The notes under the pieces were generated by a model. The model saw nothing but the letters and a program-made list of their open reading frames with translations, was not told where the DNA came from and did not search any database. Shown piece by piece: positions 50,276 through 63,900 of a stretch of 64,000 nt of DNA (position 1 is the first letter of the stretch; the number at the start of each line of letters is the position of its first letter). A program made the translations under genes and the position numbers. Source of the DNA: Pristiophorus japonicus (lineage: Eukaryota); contig NC_091980.1 in NCBI RefSeq assembly GCF_044704955.1, positions 176,700,001 to 176,764,000 of the forward strand, in the 5' to 3' direction.

Positions 50276-51281
50276 CTAAGGAGGAAGTGAGATTAGTCAG
50301 GTTAAACAGGTTAATCTTAAAAAAGGATGCAGTGTAAAACACAAGTGTATCCAATAACCCGGTATACTCAATTAAAAAAAAGGTGCTGGCTGGAAATGTG
50401 GGCCATTATATTCAAGCTTGCTGCACTTAACCATCCTAGTGCACAACTCTCACTGGCAATCAGTACAAGACACTTTGCTGCTATGCAAATTCTTGAGTGT
50501 TCAACACGAGCTCCTTTCATCAGACCTGCCCTGCTCAAATTAAGAGCATAAACTGGTTTCAACTATGGCAATCTTCATCAGAAGCTAAAGGGAACTGTAG
50601 TCGATATCAACTGTGTGTGCTCAATGCAAAACAGCAGCAGGGCTGGATAACCTGGCTAGTAAAGTTGGGAATTTGCCATGGATGGACCAGGGTTTATTAC
50701 CTTTTTATACTGGAACTTGCAACAGTCAATTCTGATTGGCATTGAAATCCATAGTTCGAAGTTGACCCATGCACCGTAATCTTCTGCAATTGAATGTTGC
50801 CACGGCCCAGCGACAGTGCAGGAGTGCATAAATCTAAGCTGACACTTCAGTGCATTACTGAGGGAGTGCTTTAGGATGTTGAGATCTTGAAAGATGCTAT
50901 ATAAATGCAAGTTTTTCTTTTTACTGGGGATCTGCCCTTCTATTAGCAGTGACAATGACAGGTGAGTCCTTGCTTCTGCCATTGTAGAGATAGGTAGAGC
51001 TGATAAAGAGCAGGTAGCAAGTGGCTGTCTTTATTGCTTGGCTCTAGATCATTTGTAACCTCAATCTGTGGCTGACTTACTGTCCATATTCCAGGATTGG
51101 GAAGGTGCAGGTCTTGTACAGCCAGAGGGAAGTATCCAATACTGAATTCCTAAAAACTGAACTCCTGGTTTCAGAATCCTTGATCCAGCAAGGCTCCAAC
51201 CCATTATAAAACTAACCCAAGCAAGAAGGCAGGCATCATTACTCTGCCGCAAATGTTCGTATAAACGAATATTAAACTAAC

Positions 51282-51424
51282 CGGTCACCCAGGAAGAGTG
51301 TTTCAGGCGCTATACCCCCATGAACAATCTCAGCAGTGTGCATCAGTTCCACTACAGCCAGTAAGTCAAGTGTCAGAAACATAACTAGTGCTTCTGGCAC
51401 ACATTCCCAAGTCCGAGACAGACC
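51282..51424 (-). CDS. BUB1B: BUB1B exon (catalytic-loop region)
   Basis: ttttgtag|GGT...ACCG|gttagt; GLSRTWECVPEALVMFLTLDLLAVVELMHTAEIVHGGIAPETLFLGDR (BubR1 VEMLHKAEIVHGDLSP). Confidence 0.93.
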
Positions 51425-52299
51425 CTACAAAAGAAAAATGAAAAGGTTACCAGTTATTAGGAGTGCACACAGTTTGGTGCCGTTTGAACTTCACTTTCAA
51501 GCACGTTAGTGAGTCAGGAAAGGTTCAAATAAAAATTCTATAACAATTTACAAAAAAGGAATCAGGAAATGCCAGCAACATCACTGTTTAACATTGTTGG
51601 CATTTTGAAAGTAAACCCTCTAAAATACTGACCAGTAATAAACAATGTCACAAAAGTCATACACACCTATGAGGAACTATATGGGGTATGGTTCTACAGC
51701 TCGGTGTGCCTTCTGGTTCTTTGCCAAAATAGCCATTCTTCAGGCATGAGCTGAACATTAAGTTTCAGCATGCTAGTTAAAGTGCCAAAATAAGCATCGG
51801 TCAAGCTGAATAGTGTTCTGATTCAATGGACAGGACTTTCCAGGAGTCACTAGATAGTGTCCGGGTAGTGGGAATCCTGATCCGATTTTCTGCCCCAACC
51901 CCTGCTTAAGCCACAAATGTAGCATCCTCACTACCACTCTGGGTGAGATGCACAGATCAGGGATCAAACTGAAGATCTTCCTCATCCATCAGTCTCAGTA
52001 CCACACCAGAAAGTTCATTTACCCATTAAAATTGAGCAAGGTTACCAGATTTATGTTTTTCAGCAATTTCCTATAGGAACAGTTCATTGGCTACCTCTGC
52101 TGCTAAGAGGTGTACATGAACCATGCAACTATCATCCTTCACGAATGCTCTCTAAGAAAGCACCTAGCCCTTGATGGCAGGTGGAGATGGAGAAATAACA
52201 ATCTGAAGAACAACCAGCATGAGAAGCAGCAAGTTATTCACCACTGCAACTATTTAAAAGATCCCGTTGTTCTCGCCCCGTGAAATTTGGAGATCTCAC

Positions 52300-52461
52300 C
52301 TGCAGAGTTTCACAGTTCTTGTCCTGATCCACTGTCACATATCCATTCTCAAATAGGTAGCAGCTGTGATTCTGGCTGAAATGGTTATTAAACTGGGAGC
52401 CGAGCCGCTTCTTGAGCTGCTGATTGATGTAGAAGTCCCATGGCACAGTGTGTGAATGCAC
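52300..52461 (-). CDS. BUB1B: BUB1B exon
   Basis: caaacag|GTG...CAG|gtgaga; VHSHTVPWDFYINQQLKKRL...SCYLFENGYVTVDQDKNCETLQ (BubR1 VPWDFYINLKLKERL). Confidence 0.95.
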
Positions 52462-52559
52462 CTGTTTGAAGGGAAATGCTCATACAGGTCAGTGTTTATG
52501 CAGGCTTAATATCACATCCACTTCAAATGAAGCAGCCTTCAAAAATGCTAATAGTAGCA

Positions 52560-53018
52560 TTCATTCAAAACTCTGCTGCCCGTATCCTAACTTGCTCCAA
52601 GTTCCGCTCACCCATCACTGACCGACATTGGCTCCTGGACCCACAACGCCTTGATTTTAAAATTCTCATTCTGATGTTCAAATCCTGTCATGGCTTCATC
52701 CCTCAATCTCTAACCTCTTCCAGCCAGACAACTCTGACCTCTGCACTCCTCCAATTCTGGCCTCTTGCACATCCCCAATTTCCACCGCTCCACCATTGGT
52801 AGCTGTGTCTTTAGCTGCCTAGGCCCCAAGCTTTGAAATGATTTCACTATACCTCTCCTGCTTTAAGATACTCCTTAAAATCTATCCCAGTGACCAAGGT
52901 CACCTGTCCCAATAAGTCCTTCTGTGGCTCGGTGTCAAATCTTGTCCGATAACACTCCTGTGAAGAGCTTTGGAACGTTTTACTACATTATAGGCACTAT
53001 ATAAATCCACGTTGTTGC
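52560..53018 (+). mobile_element. L2 LINE 3' end
   Basis: IQNSAARILT...HWL...RLDFKILILMFKS; tail ggcactatataaat...gttgttg. Confidence 0.85.
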
Positions 53019-54723
53019 AGTTAAGGGGAATGCCTATTTGGACTGAATCAGGATACCAGTATTCAACAAGTTAGATTTCTCCAATACTCTCCTCATTCTA
53101 AACACAGTGGCTGATGCTCTATCCTGCACAAAATTCCCACTCTCCTGGTCTGACCAAGTCTCAGCAATTTCATGAAGATCCTTGACTTCATGCTGTGGCC
53201 CCACCTTACCTCAGCAACCTCCTCCAGTTGTACACCCCTACTCTCCACCAACTGACTACTTTACAATCCCCAGTCAGTAGATTTTCCCGAGACCCAAATC
53301 TAATGATCTTTGGAACTTCTTCCCTAAATTATTCGGCCTTGTATCCTCCCTTCCCATTTTCAAAAAACCCCAAAAGACCCTCCTTGGTAATTTTGCCCAT
53401 CTCCCCATTTTTGTTTGTTCTCTCTGCCTCGACGATCATCTGATGCCTCTAACGTGCTCCGAGGTTTTGCTTTATGTAAAAACGCTACAGAAATTCAAGT
53501 TGCTGGAAGATTGCTTCGCTAATGGATACTGGCTCCAACTGACCCACAGAAAAAATATCCTAGAAGTACAAGAGAATCCATAACCATACTTCAAGCACCA
53601 AGAGTCATATGTACATGGGAAGAAAAGACTGAAGCAGGTCTGGAGGAAGACCAGACCTTGAAACTCCCCACTTTGACAACTGGAGTTTATTCCTCCTTGT
53701 GCAGAGGGCATTGGAGGAGAAATAATGAAAACCAAAAACAGAAGTAATACCGACACATTACACCAGCTATTCAGATAATAAATTTTAACTCCATCTCCTA
53801 AGCTAGGACACAGTCATTCTGGTATATTATCAGAATGCACATTCTTCAGTGGAGTACAACATATGCCAGCAGGCTATTGAACTGCAGGGGCATTATAGCC
53901 TGGAAGGATCGTGTTCTCCAATATCCAATTTTCAGCAGAAGTCTGAAATATTTCAGGTTTCTAGTATTTGCTAAAATTTCCTTCTCATTTATCCAGCAAC
54001 TGGGGAGGGGGAAATCACAGAATAGGCATCAGATTCCTGGCTGATTTATCTCCTTAACCAGTGATACACAAGTCAATTTTAGCATCCCACACATTCCAAG
54101 ATAGATTAGGTAATTTAATATAGTAAGATTTATTTTATTTAAAAAAAAGAATTTTAGATCAACTAGGCAAAATCCTCAATCAATTTATTGACCACGTGTT
54201 GACTTGTTCAAGGGCTTAGTCCCAAACTGCTTACATACACTTCCATCAAACCCATTACAGGAAAACTGACCACACGGTAACCCACTCCCACTCACTGCAT
54301 TAGTCCAATATGAGTTCTCCTTACATGGCCAATAAAGAATGACTACAGTACCAGCTTGTCTTTCATTTGTACTAAATAGGTTTTTAAAGAATTTCCATTG
54401 CATCAATAGTGATGCATTAGAATAGGGTTCACAGATTGAAAATTAGATTGGTATAGAATATTAGAGAAGTCTCCATGAAAGGGGCGGGGAGGGGGAAGGG
54501 TGGCAAAATGAGTTGTCACTCATTCACAATATCCATTAGTATTCTCTGCAGTCAGAACGTTCCCCAAAATGGCAATACACTATTGCTGATTAAAATCAGA
54601 TTAAATAGCAAAGAGGGTAGACCCCTATTTGTGTTATTCTCATCCTGTAAAATGCCTGAAACTTCTCTAAATGAGAGTCCACTTATACATTTCATCTTAC
54701 ACATCGATTGACGGGCTACCTAC

Positions 54724-54824
54724 CTTTATAATAGCTTTGGGCAGGCTCAAGCTTGGATTGGTTCCATAGAATACATGGTGCTGTTCATATGCTGCTGCTC
54801 GTTTGATGTTAAATGTTTGTGAGC
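54724..54824 (-). CDS. BUB1B: BUB1B exon (N-lobe, ending at the VAIK-equivalent Lys)
   Basis: gttctacag|GC...AAG|gtaggt; SQTFNIKRAAAYEQHHVFYGTNPSLSLPKAIIK; phase 0 fits the next exon. Confidence 0.85.
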
Positions 54825-54839
54825 CTGTAGAACAAAAGA

Positions 54840-55212
54840 CAGACTTACATTTATATTGCACCTTTCACGACCCAAGGACATTCCAAAGTGTTTTCCAGCC
54901 AATTAAGTACTTTAAGTATTGTCACTGTTGTAATGTAGGCAACGTGGCTACCAATTTGCACACAGCAAGGTCCCATGAACAGCAATGAGATAAATGACCA
55001 GATAATCTGTGTGGCTGAGGGATAAATATTGGTGAGAACACCAGGAGAATTCCTCTGCTCTTCAAAATAGTGCCATGAGATTGGTTACATCCAAGGGAAG
55101 ATAAAGCCTTGGCTCAACATCTGGAGTGTCAGTCTAGATTATGGGCTCAAGTCTCTGGAGTGGAACTTGAACCCACGACTTTGATTCAGGTGAGGGCGCT
55201 ACCTACTGAGCA
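54840..55212 (-). mobile_element. DeuSINE
   Basis: Reverse-complement match; its tail abuts the acceptor of the BUB1B exon at 54824. Confidence 0.85.
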
Positions 55213-55349
55213 ACAGCAAGCAAAAATAAGTGTAGCAAGCAGAGATATTGGTTGAGGTGCACTGATTTAGCACGACTAAACCAGAGACATTCTATAAAAG
55301 CACTTTGCGAGCGGGACAAAAAGTCCATAATAAAAGTAGGGGCATATTT

Positions 55350-56130
55350 ATCATAGGCAGTCCCTCGAAATCGAGGAAGACTTGCTTCCACTCCAAAAGC
55401 GAGTTCTCAGGTGACTGTACAGCCCAATATGGAAATTACAGTCTCTGTCACAGGTGGGACAAACAGTCGTTGAAGGAAAGGGAGGGTAGGACAGGTTTGC
55501 CTCACGCTCCTTCCGCTGCCTGCGCTTGGTTTCTGCATGCTCTCGGTGACGAGACTCTAGGTGCTCTGTGCCCTCCCGGATGCTCTTCCTCCACTTAGGG
55601 CGGTCTTTGGCCAGGGATTCCCAGGTGTCGGTGGCATGTTGCACTTTATCATCAAGGAGGTTTTGTGTGTGTCCTTTAAACGTTTCCTCTGCCCACCTGG
55701 GGATCGCCTGCCGTATGGAGTTCCAAGTAGAGTGCTTGCTTTGGGAGTTGTGTGTTGGGCATGCAGACGACGTGGCCCGCCCAACGGAGCTGGTCAAGTG
55801 TGGTCAGTGCTTCGATGCTGACCTGATCGAGAACATAGACGTTGGTGTGTATCCTCCCAGGGGATTTGCAGGATCTTGCGGAGACAGCGTTGGTGGTTCA
55901 CTCCAGCGATTTGAGGCGTCTGCTGTATATGGTCCACGTCTCAGCCACATAGGAGAATAGGTATCACTACAGCCCTGTAGACCATATGCTTGGTGCCAGA
56001 TTTGAGGTCCTGGTCTTCAAACACACTCTTCCTCAGGCGACCGAAGGCTGCTCTGGCGCACTGGAGGCGGTGTTAGACCTCATCGTCTATGTCGGCCCTT
56101 GTTGATAGTAGGCTCCTGAGGTATGGGCAT
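55350..56130 (-). mobile_element. RTE LINE 3' fragment
   Basis: ORFs 55351-55797 and 55557-55784; CPTCDRDCNFHIGLYSH. Confidence 0.9.
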
Positions 56131-57124
56131 ATTACAGCAGCATCAGAGACTGCTTCAGGACAAATGGATTAGCTTATACTCTCACTTCTAATATTTCAAT
56201 ACTATCACTTGATAGGATTTAAATAGATTTTTTTTTAACAAAATGATAGGGAAGGGAAGGGAAGGAAAGGAAACATCTTTGAATCGGGACATTTTTAATG
56301 AACACGACGCCAGAACAGTCTCCTTAAAAACCCAAGGGAACCATTAGATGGATGGCCAATATGTAAAAATGGGCTCTAGATGAATTCATTTAAGATACAA
56401 ATTTTAGATCTTGAAGATGGTACATCCTAGCTCCATTTTCATCCAATCAATAGCTGCACTAATTATACCAAATGGGCTGGAGTCGTCGTGACTATTGTGC
56501 AACTTTCTCCATTAAGCATAAATTTGTTTAGCTGCAGAGAGTTCTACCGTGAAATGGCCCAGTACTGAGTGACTGGTTTCACACCCTGTCAATGCTGTAA
56601 ACTAGCAGTCTCTGCCAACCCTGCAAGAATTGATTACCTACTTTACTGTAAGAAATTACCAAAAAAAAGTATCCACGGCATTTAATACTACAAGAAGAAA
56701 ATTACTAACTGCCCTAAATACATACAATGGTTGTATAAAAAAAGCAAGTAATTATCATGTTTGTACAAGCAGTCACCAGCTATCAGGCATCCAGTGGTCT
56801 TACAACCTTAGTACATGAACATTCCCTTAATAAAAATAATCTAGGTCTCAGATCAGCAGTTCTTTAAAAGGATTGAAATCTGGCTGCACAAACCATGCTC
56901 AGTGGAGAGTGCATAAATCCATCACTACACAGTGTAACTTAACAAGTCCTAACAAAAGCACGATTTTAAACGAGTATAGACTGGATGCATTGTCAGTGTT
57001 ATAAAATGAACTGACTGAATATAGGTGTGCTATGTTACACCATCCAGCTACAAACTAATTGGACAGCATATTTCAGCCCATGAGATTAAGAGGTCAATGG
57101 CTTCATGGTTAAACTAAATAGTAT

Positions 57125-59593
57125 GTTGTGGCACCAACCAGGGAGCAGGCTATCTTAGATCTAGTACTGTGTAATGAGACAGAATTAATAAATGATTTCA
57201 TAGTAAAAGAACCTCTAGGAAAGAGTGAACATAGCATGGTTGAATTTCAAATTCAGTTGGAGGGCAAGAAAGTTGGATCTCAAACCAGTGCCCTGATCTT
57301 AAATAAAGGCAATTACAAAAAAGGTATGAAGGCAGAGTTAGCTAAATTAGACTGGGAAAATAGATTAAAGTGTAAGAAGGTTGGATGAGCAGTGGCAAAC
57401 ATTTAAGGAGATATTTCATAACTCTCAGCAAAAATATATTCCAGTGAGAAGGAAAGACTTTGGAATGGAGAACCATCCATGGTTAACTAAGGAATTAAAG
57501 GATGGTATCAAGTTCAAAACAATGGCATACAATGTTGCCAAGATTAGTGGGAGGCCAGAGAATCAGGACATTTTTAAAAACCAGCAAAGGATGACTAAGA
57601 GAGAGAAGATGGATTATGAGTGTAAACTAGCAAGAAATATAAAAACAGATAGCAAGAGCTTCTACAGGTTATATAAAAAGGAAGAAGGTAGCTAAAGTAA
57701 ACGTTGCTCCCTTAGAGGATGAGATTAGGGAATTAATAGTGGGGAACAGGAAAATGACAAAAACTTTGAATAAATATTTTGTATTAGTCTTCACCATAGG
57801 AAACACTAAAAACATCCCAATAATAGATAGTCAAGAGGCTATAGTGGGGGGGGGGGGGGGGGGGAAAGAGTTAAAACAATTAAAGAAAAAGGACTCAGTG
57901 AAATAATGGGACTAAAGATGGACATGTCTTCTGGACCTGATGGCCTGCATCCTAGGATCTTAAAAGAAGTGGCTGCAGAGATAGTGGATGCATTGGTTGT
58001 AATCTATCAAAATTCCCTGGAATCTGAGGAAGTCCCAGCGTATTGTAAAACTGTAAATGTAACACCCCTATTTAAAAAAGGAGGGAGACAGAAAGCAGGA
58101 AACTATAGGTCAGCCAGCCTAACATATGTCATTGGGAAAATGTTGGAGTCCATTATTAGGAAAGCAGTAGCTGGACATTTGGAAAATCATAATGCAATCA
58201 AGCAGTCAGCATGGCTTTATGAAAAGGAAATCATGTTTGACAAATTTGCTGGAGTTCTTTGAGGATGTAACAAGCAGGGTAGATAAGGGGGAACCAGTGG
58301 TGTAATTGGATTTCCAGAAGGCATTTGATAAGGTGCCACATAAAAGGTTACTGCACAAGATAAGAGCTCACGAGATTCGGGGTAATATATTAGCATGGAT
58401 AGAGAATTGGTTAATGGAATTCTCTATAACATGGATGAAAGTGTCATTTGCCAATTGGTAGGCTGTAACTTGTGGGGTGCCACAGGGATCGGTGCTAGGG
58501 CCTTAGCTATTTACAATCTATATTAAATGACTTAGATGAAGGGATAAGTATAATGTATCCATGTCTGCTGATGTTGCAAAGCTAGGTGGGAAAGTAAGTT
58601 GTGAGGATGAGGAGGACACAATGAGCCTGCAAAGGGATATAGATCGGTTAAGTGACAGATGGAGTATAATGTGGAGAAGTGTAAGGTTAGCCAAGTTTGC
58701 TGATGGTAAAAAGATGTTTGTACAAGCAGTCACCAGCAAGAAAGCAAATTGTGAGGACAAAGAATCTGCAAAGGGACATAGACAGGCTAAGTGAGTGGCA
58801 AACATTTGGCAGGTGGACTATAATGTGGGAAAGTGTGAGGTTATCCACTTTGGCAGAAAAAATAAAAAGCGTAAATTATTTAAATGGAGAGTTTACAAAA
58901 TGCTGCAGTACAGAGGGACCTGGGGGTCCTTGTGCATGAAACACAAAAAGTAAGTATGCAGGTACAGCATGTAATCAGGAAGGCAAATGGAATGTTGGCC
59001 TTTATTGCAAGGGGGAGAGAGTATAAAAGCAGAGAAGTCCTGCTACAACTGTACAGGGTATTGGTGAGGCCACACCTAGAGTATTGTGTAGTTTTGGTCT
59101 CTCTATTTAAGGAAGGATATACTTGCATTGGAGGCAGTTCAGAGAAGGTTCACTTGGTTGATTCCGGAGATAAAGGGGTTGACTTATGAAGAAAGGTTGA
59201 GCAGGTTGGGTCTATACTCATTGGAGTTTAGAAGAATGGGAGGTGATCTTATTGAAACATAAGAAACTGAGGGGTCTCGACAAGTTAGATGCAGAGAGGA
59301 TGTTTCCACTCGTGGGAGAAACAAGAACTAGGGGGTATAGTTTAAGAATAAGGGGTTGTCCATTTAGAACGGAGATGAGGAGATTCGTGACTCTGGAATT
59401 CTCTGCCCCAGAGAGCTTTGAATATATTGAAGGTGGAGATAGACAGATTTTTAAAAACGATAAGGGAGTTAAGGGTTATGGGGAGCGGGCAGGAAAGTGG
59501 AGCTGAGCCCAAGATCAGATCAGCTATGATCTTATTGAATGGCGGAGCAGGCTCGAGGGGCCAAATGGCCTACTCCTGCTCCTATTTCTTATG
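57125..59593 (+). mobile_element. Long CR1 LINE (end of EN through RT and 3'UTR), chimeric with a duplicated segment near 58540-58800
   Basis: PTREQAILDLVLCN, GPDGLHPRILKE, two successive FADD-region copies, CR1 tail. Confidence 0.93.
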
Positions 59594-59599
59594 CTAAAG

Positions 59600-60530
59600 G
59601 ACAAAGCAGAGTAGTGGTGAACGGTTGTTTCAGAATGGAGAGAAGTGTGTAATGGTATTCCTCAATGGTCAGTATTAGAACCATTGCTCTTTGATTTGAC
59701 CTGGACTTGTGTATACAAGGCATAATTTCAAAGTTTGTGGATAAGACAAAACTCCAGTGTAGTAAACAGTGAGGAGGATAGTAACAGACTTCAGGAGGAC
59801 AGAGAGACTGGCGAAATGGGCAGACACATGGCAGATTAAATTTAACAGAGAAGTGTGAAGTGATAGATTTTGGTAGGAAGAATGAGGAGAGGCAATATGA
59901 ACTAAATGATCTAATTTTAAAGGGGCTGCAGGAACAGAGATCAGGGGCACATGTACACAAATCTTTGAATGTGACAGGACAAGTTGAGAAGGCTAAAAAG
60001 ACAAATGGGATCCTTGGCTTTAAAAAATAAAGGAAGTACAAAAGCAAGGAAGTTATGCTAAACCTTTATAAAATCACTGGTTAGGCCCAGCTTGTGCATT
60101 GTGGCCAGTTCTGGGCCACACACTTTAGGAAGGATGTTAAGGCCTCAGAAAGTGCAAAGATTTATTAGAATGGTACCAAGGATGCAGGACATCAGTTATG
60201 TGAAGACTAGAGAAGCCGGGATTGTTCTCCTTAGAGCAAAGGAGGTTAAGAGAAAGTTTGATAGTTCAAATTATGAGTGGTTTTGACGATTAAATAAGAA
60301 GAACTGTTCCCAGTGGCAGAAGGGTTGGTAACCAGAGGACAGATTTAAGGTAATTTGTAAAAGAACCAGCTTCGATAGTAACTTTCAATAGGGAATTGAA
60401 TATATACCTTAAGGGGAAAAAATTGCAGGGCTTTGAAGAAAGAGCACTAGAGTGGAACTAATTGGATAGCTCTTCCAAGATTTAGCACGAGCACGGCGAT
60501 CGCCTCCTGTGCTGTACGCTTCTATGACTT
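59600..60530 (+). mobile_element. Older CR1 3' fragment
   Basis: Degenerate GIPQ.SVL.P and later CR1 motifs; old-type 3'UTR. Confidence 0.8.
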
Positions 60531-60916
60531 TTGAATCCAGCAAATGCCCATATGGAGTTTTATTTTGGAATTTAATCACATCAAAACACATTCTCTCAGG
60601 GTAACTTCCAGTGCTAATCTCTAGTAGGTCAGGCCACACCATTTGAACCAGAGGAACACAGGCCTGATAGTTGACCAGATATTTGCCAAATTTCAGGATA
60701 ATTATACCAAACTGGTATGTCACTCTCCTGCATTTTGTTGGCTCCCATTCTCTGCTAGGGGCAGGATTGGAAAGAGCAAACAAATCTCCAACTTCCAATT
60801 CAAACTCCTCTAGCAGATCCCCAAGAGAATGGCATATCCTCCATGTGCACAAGAGAAAGAAGAGAATTCTGTGCAGTTCACAAACATATAATGAGCTGGC
60901 TCAGCACAACATACAT

Positions 60917-63900
60917 GTGGCTCAATTTTCACCAAGCCTGTTTTCTGGTGTATTGCCAGAGTTACGCCTGTTTTTCTAGGCCAAAAATAATTTGCCAAAG
61001 TTTCCCTGATGTATAATTTGAATTTGGTGCCTCGCAGCTTGTCCAGTTACTTCGGGGGGTGGGGGAGGGAGCTGCTGTCTGCGTCAAAACGAAGCCCCAC
61101 CTTCTGCGCATGTGCGACAAAAGTTACATTTTTGACATCGTTCCAATGGGCGCGCATGCTCAGTACAGCTCAGATTTGGCAATCCACCATTTTTAAAAGA
61201 GCCAGTCGTGTCAGAAGGAGTGCTGTGAGCGCGCGGTCTGGGTGGCGCCGATGGGGCGGAAGGCGGTGGTCGGGGAAATCGCGCTAAAGCTACTGGTCGT
61301 GGGCCACCCCGACCTGCGTGAGACCACCACCGCAGGTCGGGGCTATAAATAGAGCTGGAGCACCGGGCCCTGGAACATCGTGGCGGAGGTGCGGTGAATG
61401 AGGGTACGGGGCCCAGAAGAGCAGAGGGCCCAAGGGCAGCATGGGTCAACCCACACTGCGATATGTGTACGCACTAGGTCCGTGCAGCAGAGCAGGTCTC
61501 CAGTTGTCCTGGTTAATTCTTGCCACTGAATAAAAGCCTAGCTCAGTCAAGCCCGTGTGGTGGCTGATGTGCAACGGTGACCACACATTAAAAAAATCCA
61601 CGCACAGGTATCTTCTACCCCCTCAATTGGACTGCCTGGAAAAAAGCAATCAATACTGCACAAGCTGGGCCCACACTCAAGGGAGAGGGCAAGTCCTGCA
61701 AATTCATCATGGTCCTTCAAATCAGCCTGCTGCCTGGCCTGCGATGTGTGAGCCTACTCATGCTACCCACCCTGCCCCTCCTCTGCTGCTAACCATTTGA
61801 CTGTTATCTTTTGTAGAAGTTGAGGCCAACCCGGACGATGCAGAAGAGTCAGACGAGGACGAACCTGAAGAGGAGAACATCTTCCAAATCCAACCCTCCA
61901 GAACAAGAACATGGGGGTGAGGGCATGGAGCTGGATGAAGCTCCCGCTATTGTACTGACTTTGAGGAGGTGCGGTTTGAGTGTTGGTGGGACATTCCATG
62001 TTTTCACATCTTCGAGGTTGCAGGTCCCAGTGGCAGGCTGCAGCGAGGCACACCCAGGGCCCTACCGAGATTGGCGGTCCCAGTGGTGTGGCGCAGCAAG
62101 GCAAACCCAGGACCCCACCGTCCGAGGCTATGGGTCGCAGTTTTGGGGTGCGAGCCACACCCATGGTGAGGAAGGGAAGGAGCTCGACCGCGCTCTCCTG
62201 AGGTGCAGGATCTAAGAGATGTGGTTCAGCTGATGTCATTGAGTGCGGAGAGCACTGACCTTACCCGATCACTCCAGGATGCCATCAGTGGGGTGAATGA
62301 TGAGGTAGCGGGACTGTCGGGAGAAGTAACAGCAAATACACGAGAAATGGGAACGATGTCCGGAACCATCAGTGAGGGAATAGTGGCCATGAGGGAGGGA
62401 ATGTCAGAGGTAGTGCAAACCACGTCAGTGACCACGAGGGACGGAATGTTGCAGTTCGTTCAGTTTTGCTCAACATGAGGGAGGGAATGTTGCAAATCGT
62501 TGACACTGTCGGGGCGTATGAGGGATGTTGGAGTTAGCTGCTGCAATAAGGGAATAGGACCAGACCACACGCCCATTGACAGAATCAACTGTCACTCCCA
62601 CTCCAATCCCCACACCAGCCTCCGAAGAGCCCAAAGCCAAGCCCTCCAACTTGCCGCCTGATGCCGACCCCCCCCCCCAACCAAGAGATGTGCAGTACCC
62701 GAGATGTTAGAAAGAATATGCTTGGTACCAAGCCCAGAAACACTGCGCCACCGCCTGTGGGCAGGGGTGGTGGTGTGTCCAAGACCAAGCTCAGCGGGCG
62801 GTCTTTGAATAAGGGGGAGGAGAGACGGGTTCAGCCTTTCTTTGCTGCTGCTGTTATTATTGTAACTGTTCACAAATTAAAAGTTTTTTGTAAGTTATGT
62901 AAATTTACAAGTTTATAAGTGATCTTAAAGTAAAGTTTGATACAAGAATAATTTCATTAAAGTACATTGTAAACTTTTGATTAAAATATATTTTACATTA
63001 AAACTGAATCATGTTCATTAACAGCAGCTCCAAACAGTAAACATGTCCATGTGGAATAGTTGTCGCTGAGCCCTCAGGCATCAAAGCTTTCACAGATTCA
63101 TGGCGCAAGGCTCGAGCAATCGTAAAAAGGGTACGATGGGCCGCCCTCCTCCGCCGTCGTGCTCCGGCCGCAGGCACTTGCATGGCTTCCTCATCCTCGT
63201 CGTTCTCCTCCACTTCCTCCTCCTGATCATTATCAGCCACTCTCACCGCAGGTAGGTCTTCCACTATCAGGTGCTGCTGCCTCATGATGGTCAAGGTACG
63301 CAGCAGTGAATTGACCGACAATCTCAGGGGAGTGCTGAAACATGGCAGATATAACGCTCTCGCGTAGGATGAATGCAGCATGGGTGCTGCCAGGCATCAA
63401 GCATCGACTGACATGATATGATGCATGTCGTCACACACGAGCTGCACATTAATGGAGTGGAAAGCTTTTTCTGTTCCTGTATATCTCTGAATCCTCCAAA
63501 GGTGCTCACAAGGTGATGTGGGTACAATCAATGCAGCCCTGTTATGCATTGCTTGGGTGGTCATGGAGAACTTTAAGAAGTTATTCCTATGTGCTTACAG
63601 TGCAGCCCTGACCTGCCGAATGAAGACCTATGTTGCATGTTGAGATATGGCGCACACATCCCTAGTTATAGCTTGAAACGATCCAGAGGCATAGAATGAA
63701 AGTGCAGCTGTAACCGTCGCTTCAACTGACAAAGTAGTCCTCCTGATGCTTCTAGGTTGCAGGTCTGCTTTGACCAACTCATAGATCTCAGTTACATCTT
63801 ATGTGGAAACGCAGCCTTCTGACATTCTGCATCACTCAGGTGGAGGTACGAATGCCTGTCTCGATATACCAGAGGTGGGTAAGGCCTCCTGCCCAGCACC

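Noticed and set aside
60409-60852. 147-aa minus-strand ORF as a possible further BUB1B exon
   Set aside because: No recognisable BubR1 similarity or convincing splice sites, and it partly overlaps old CR1 sequence. The next upstream exon was not found in the window.
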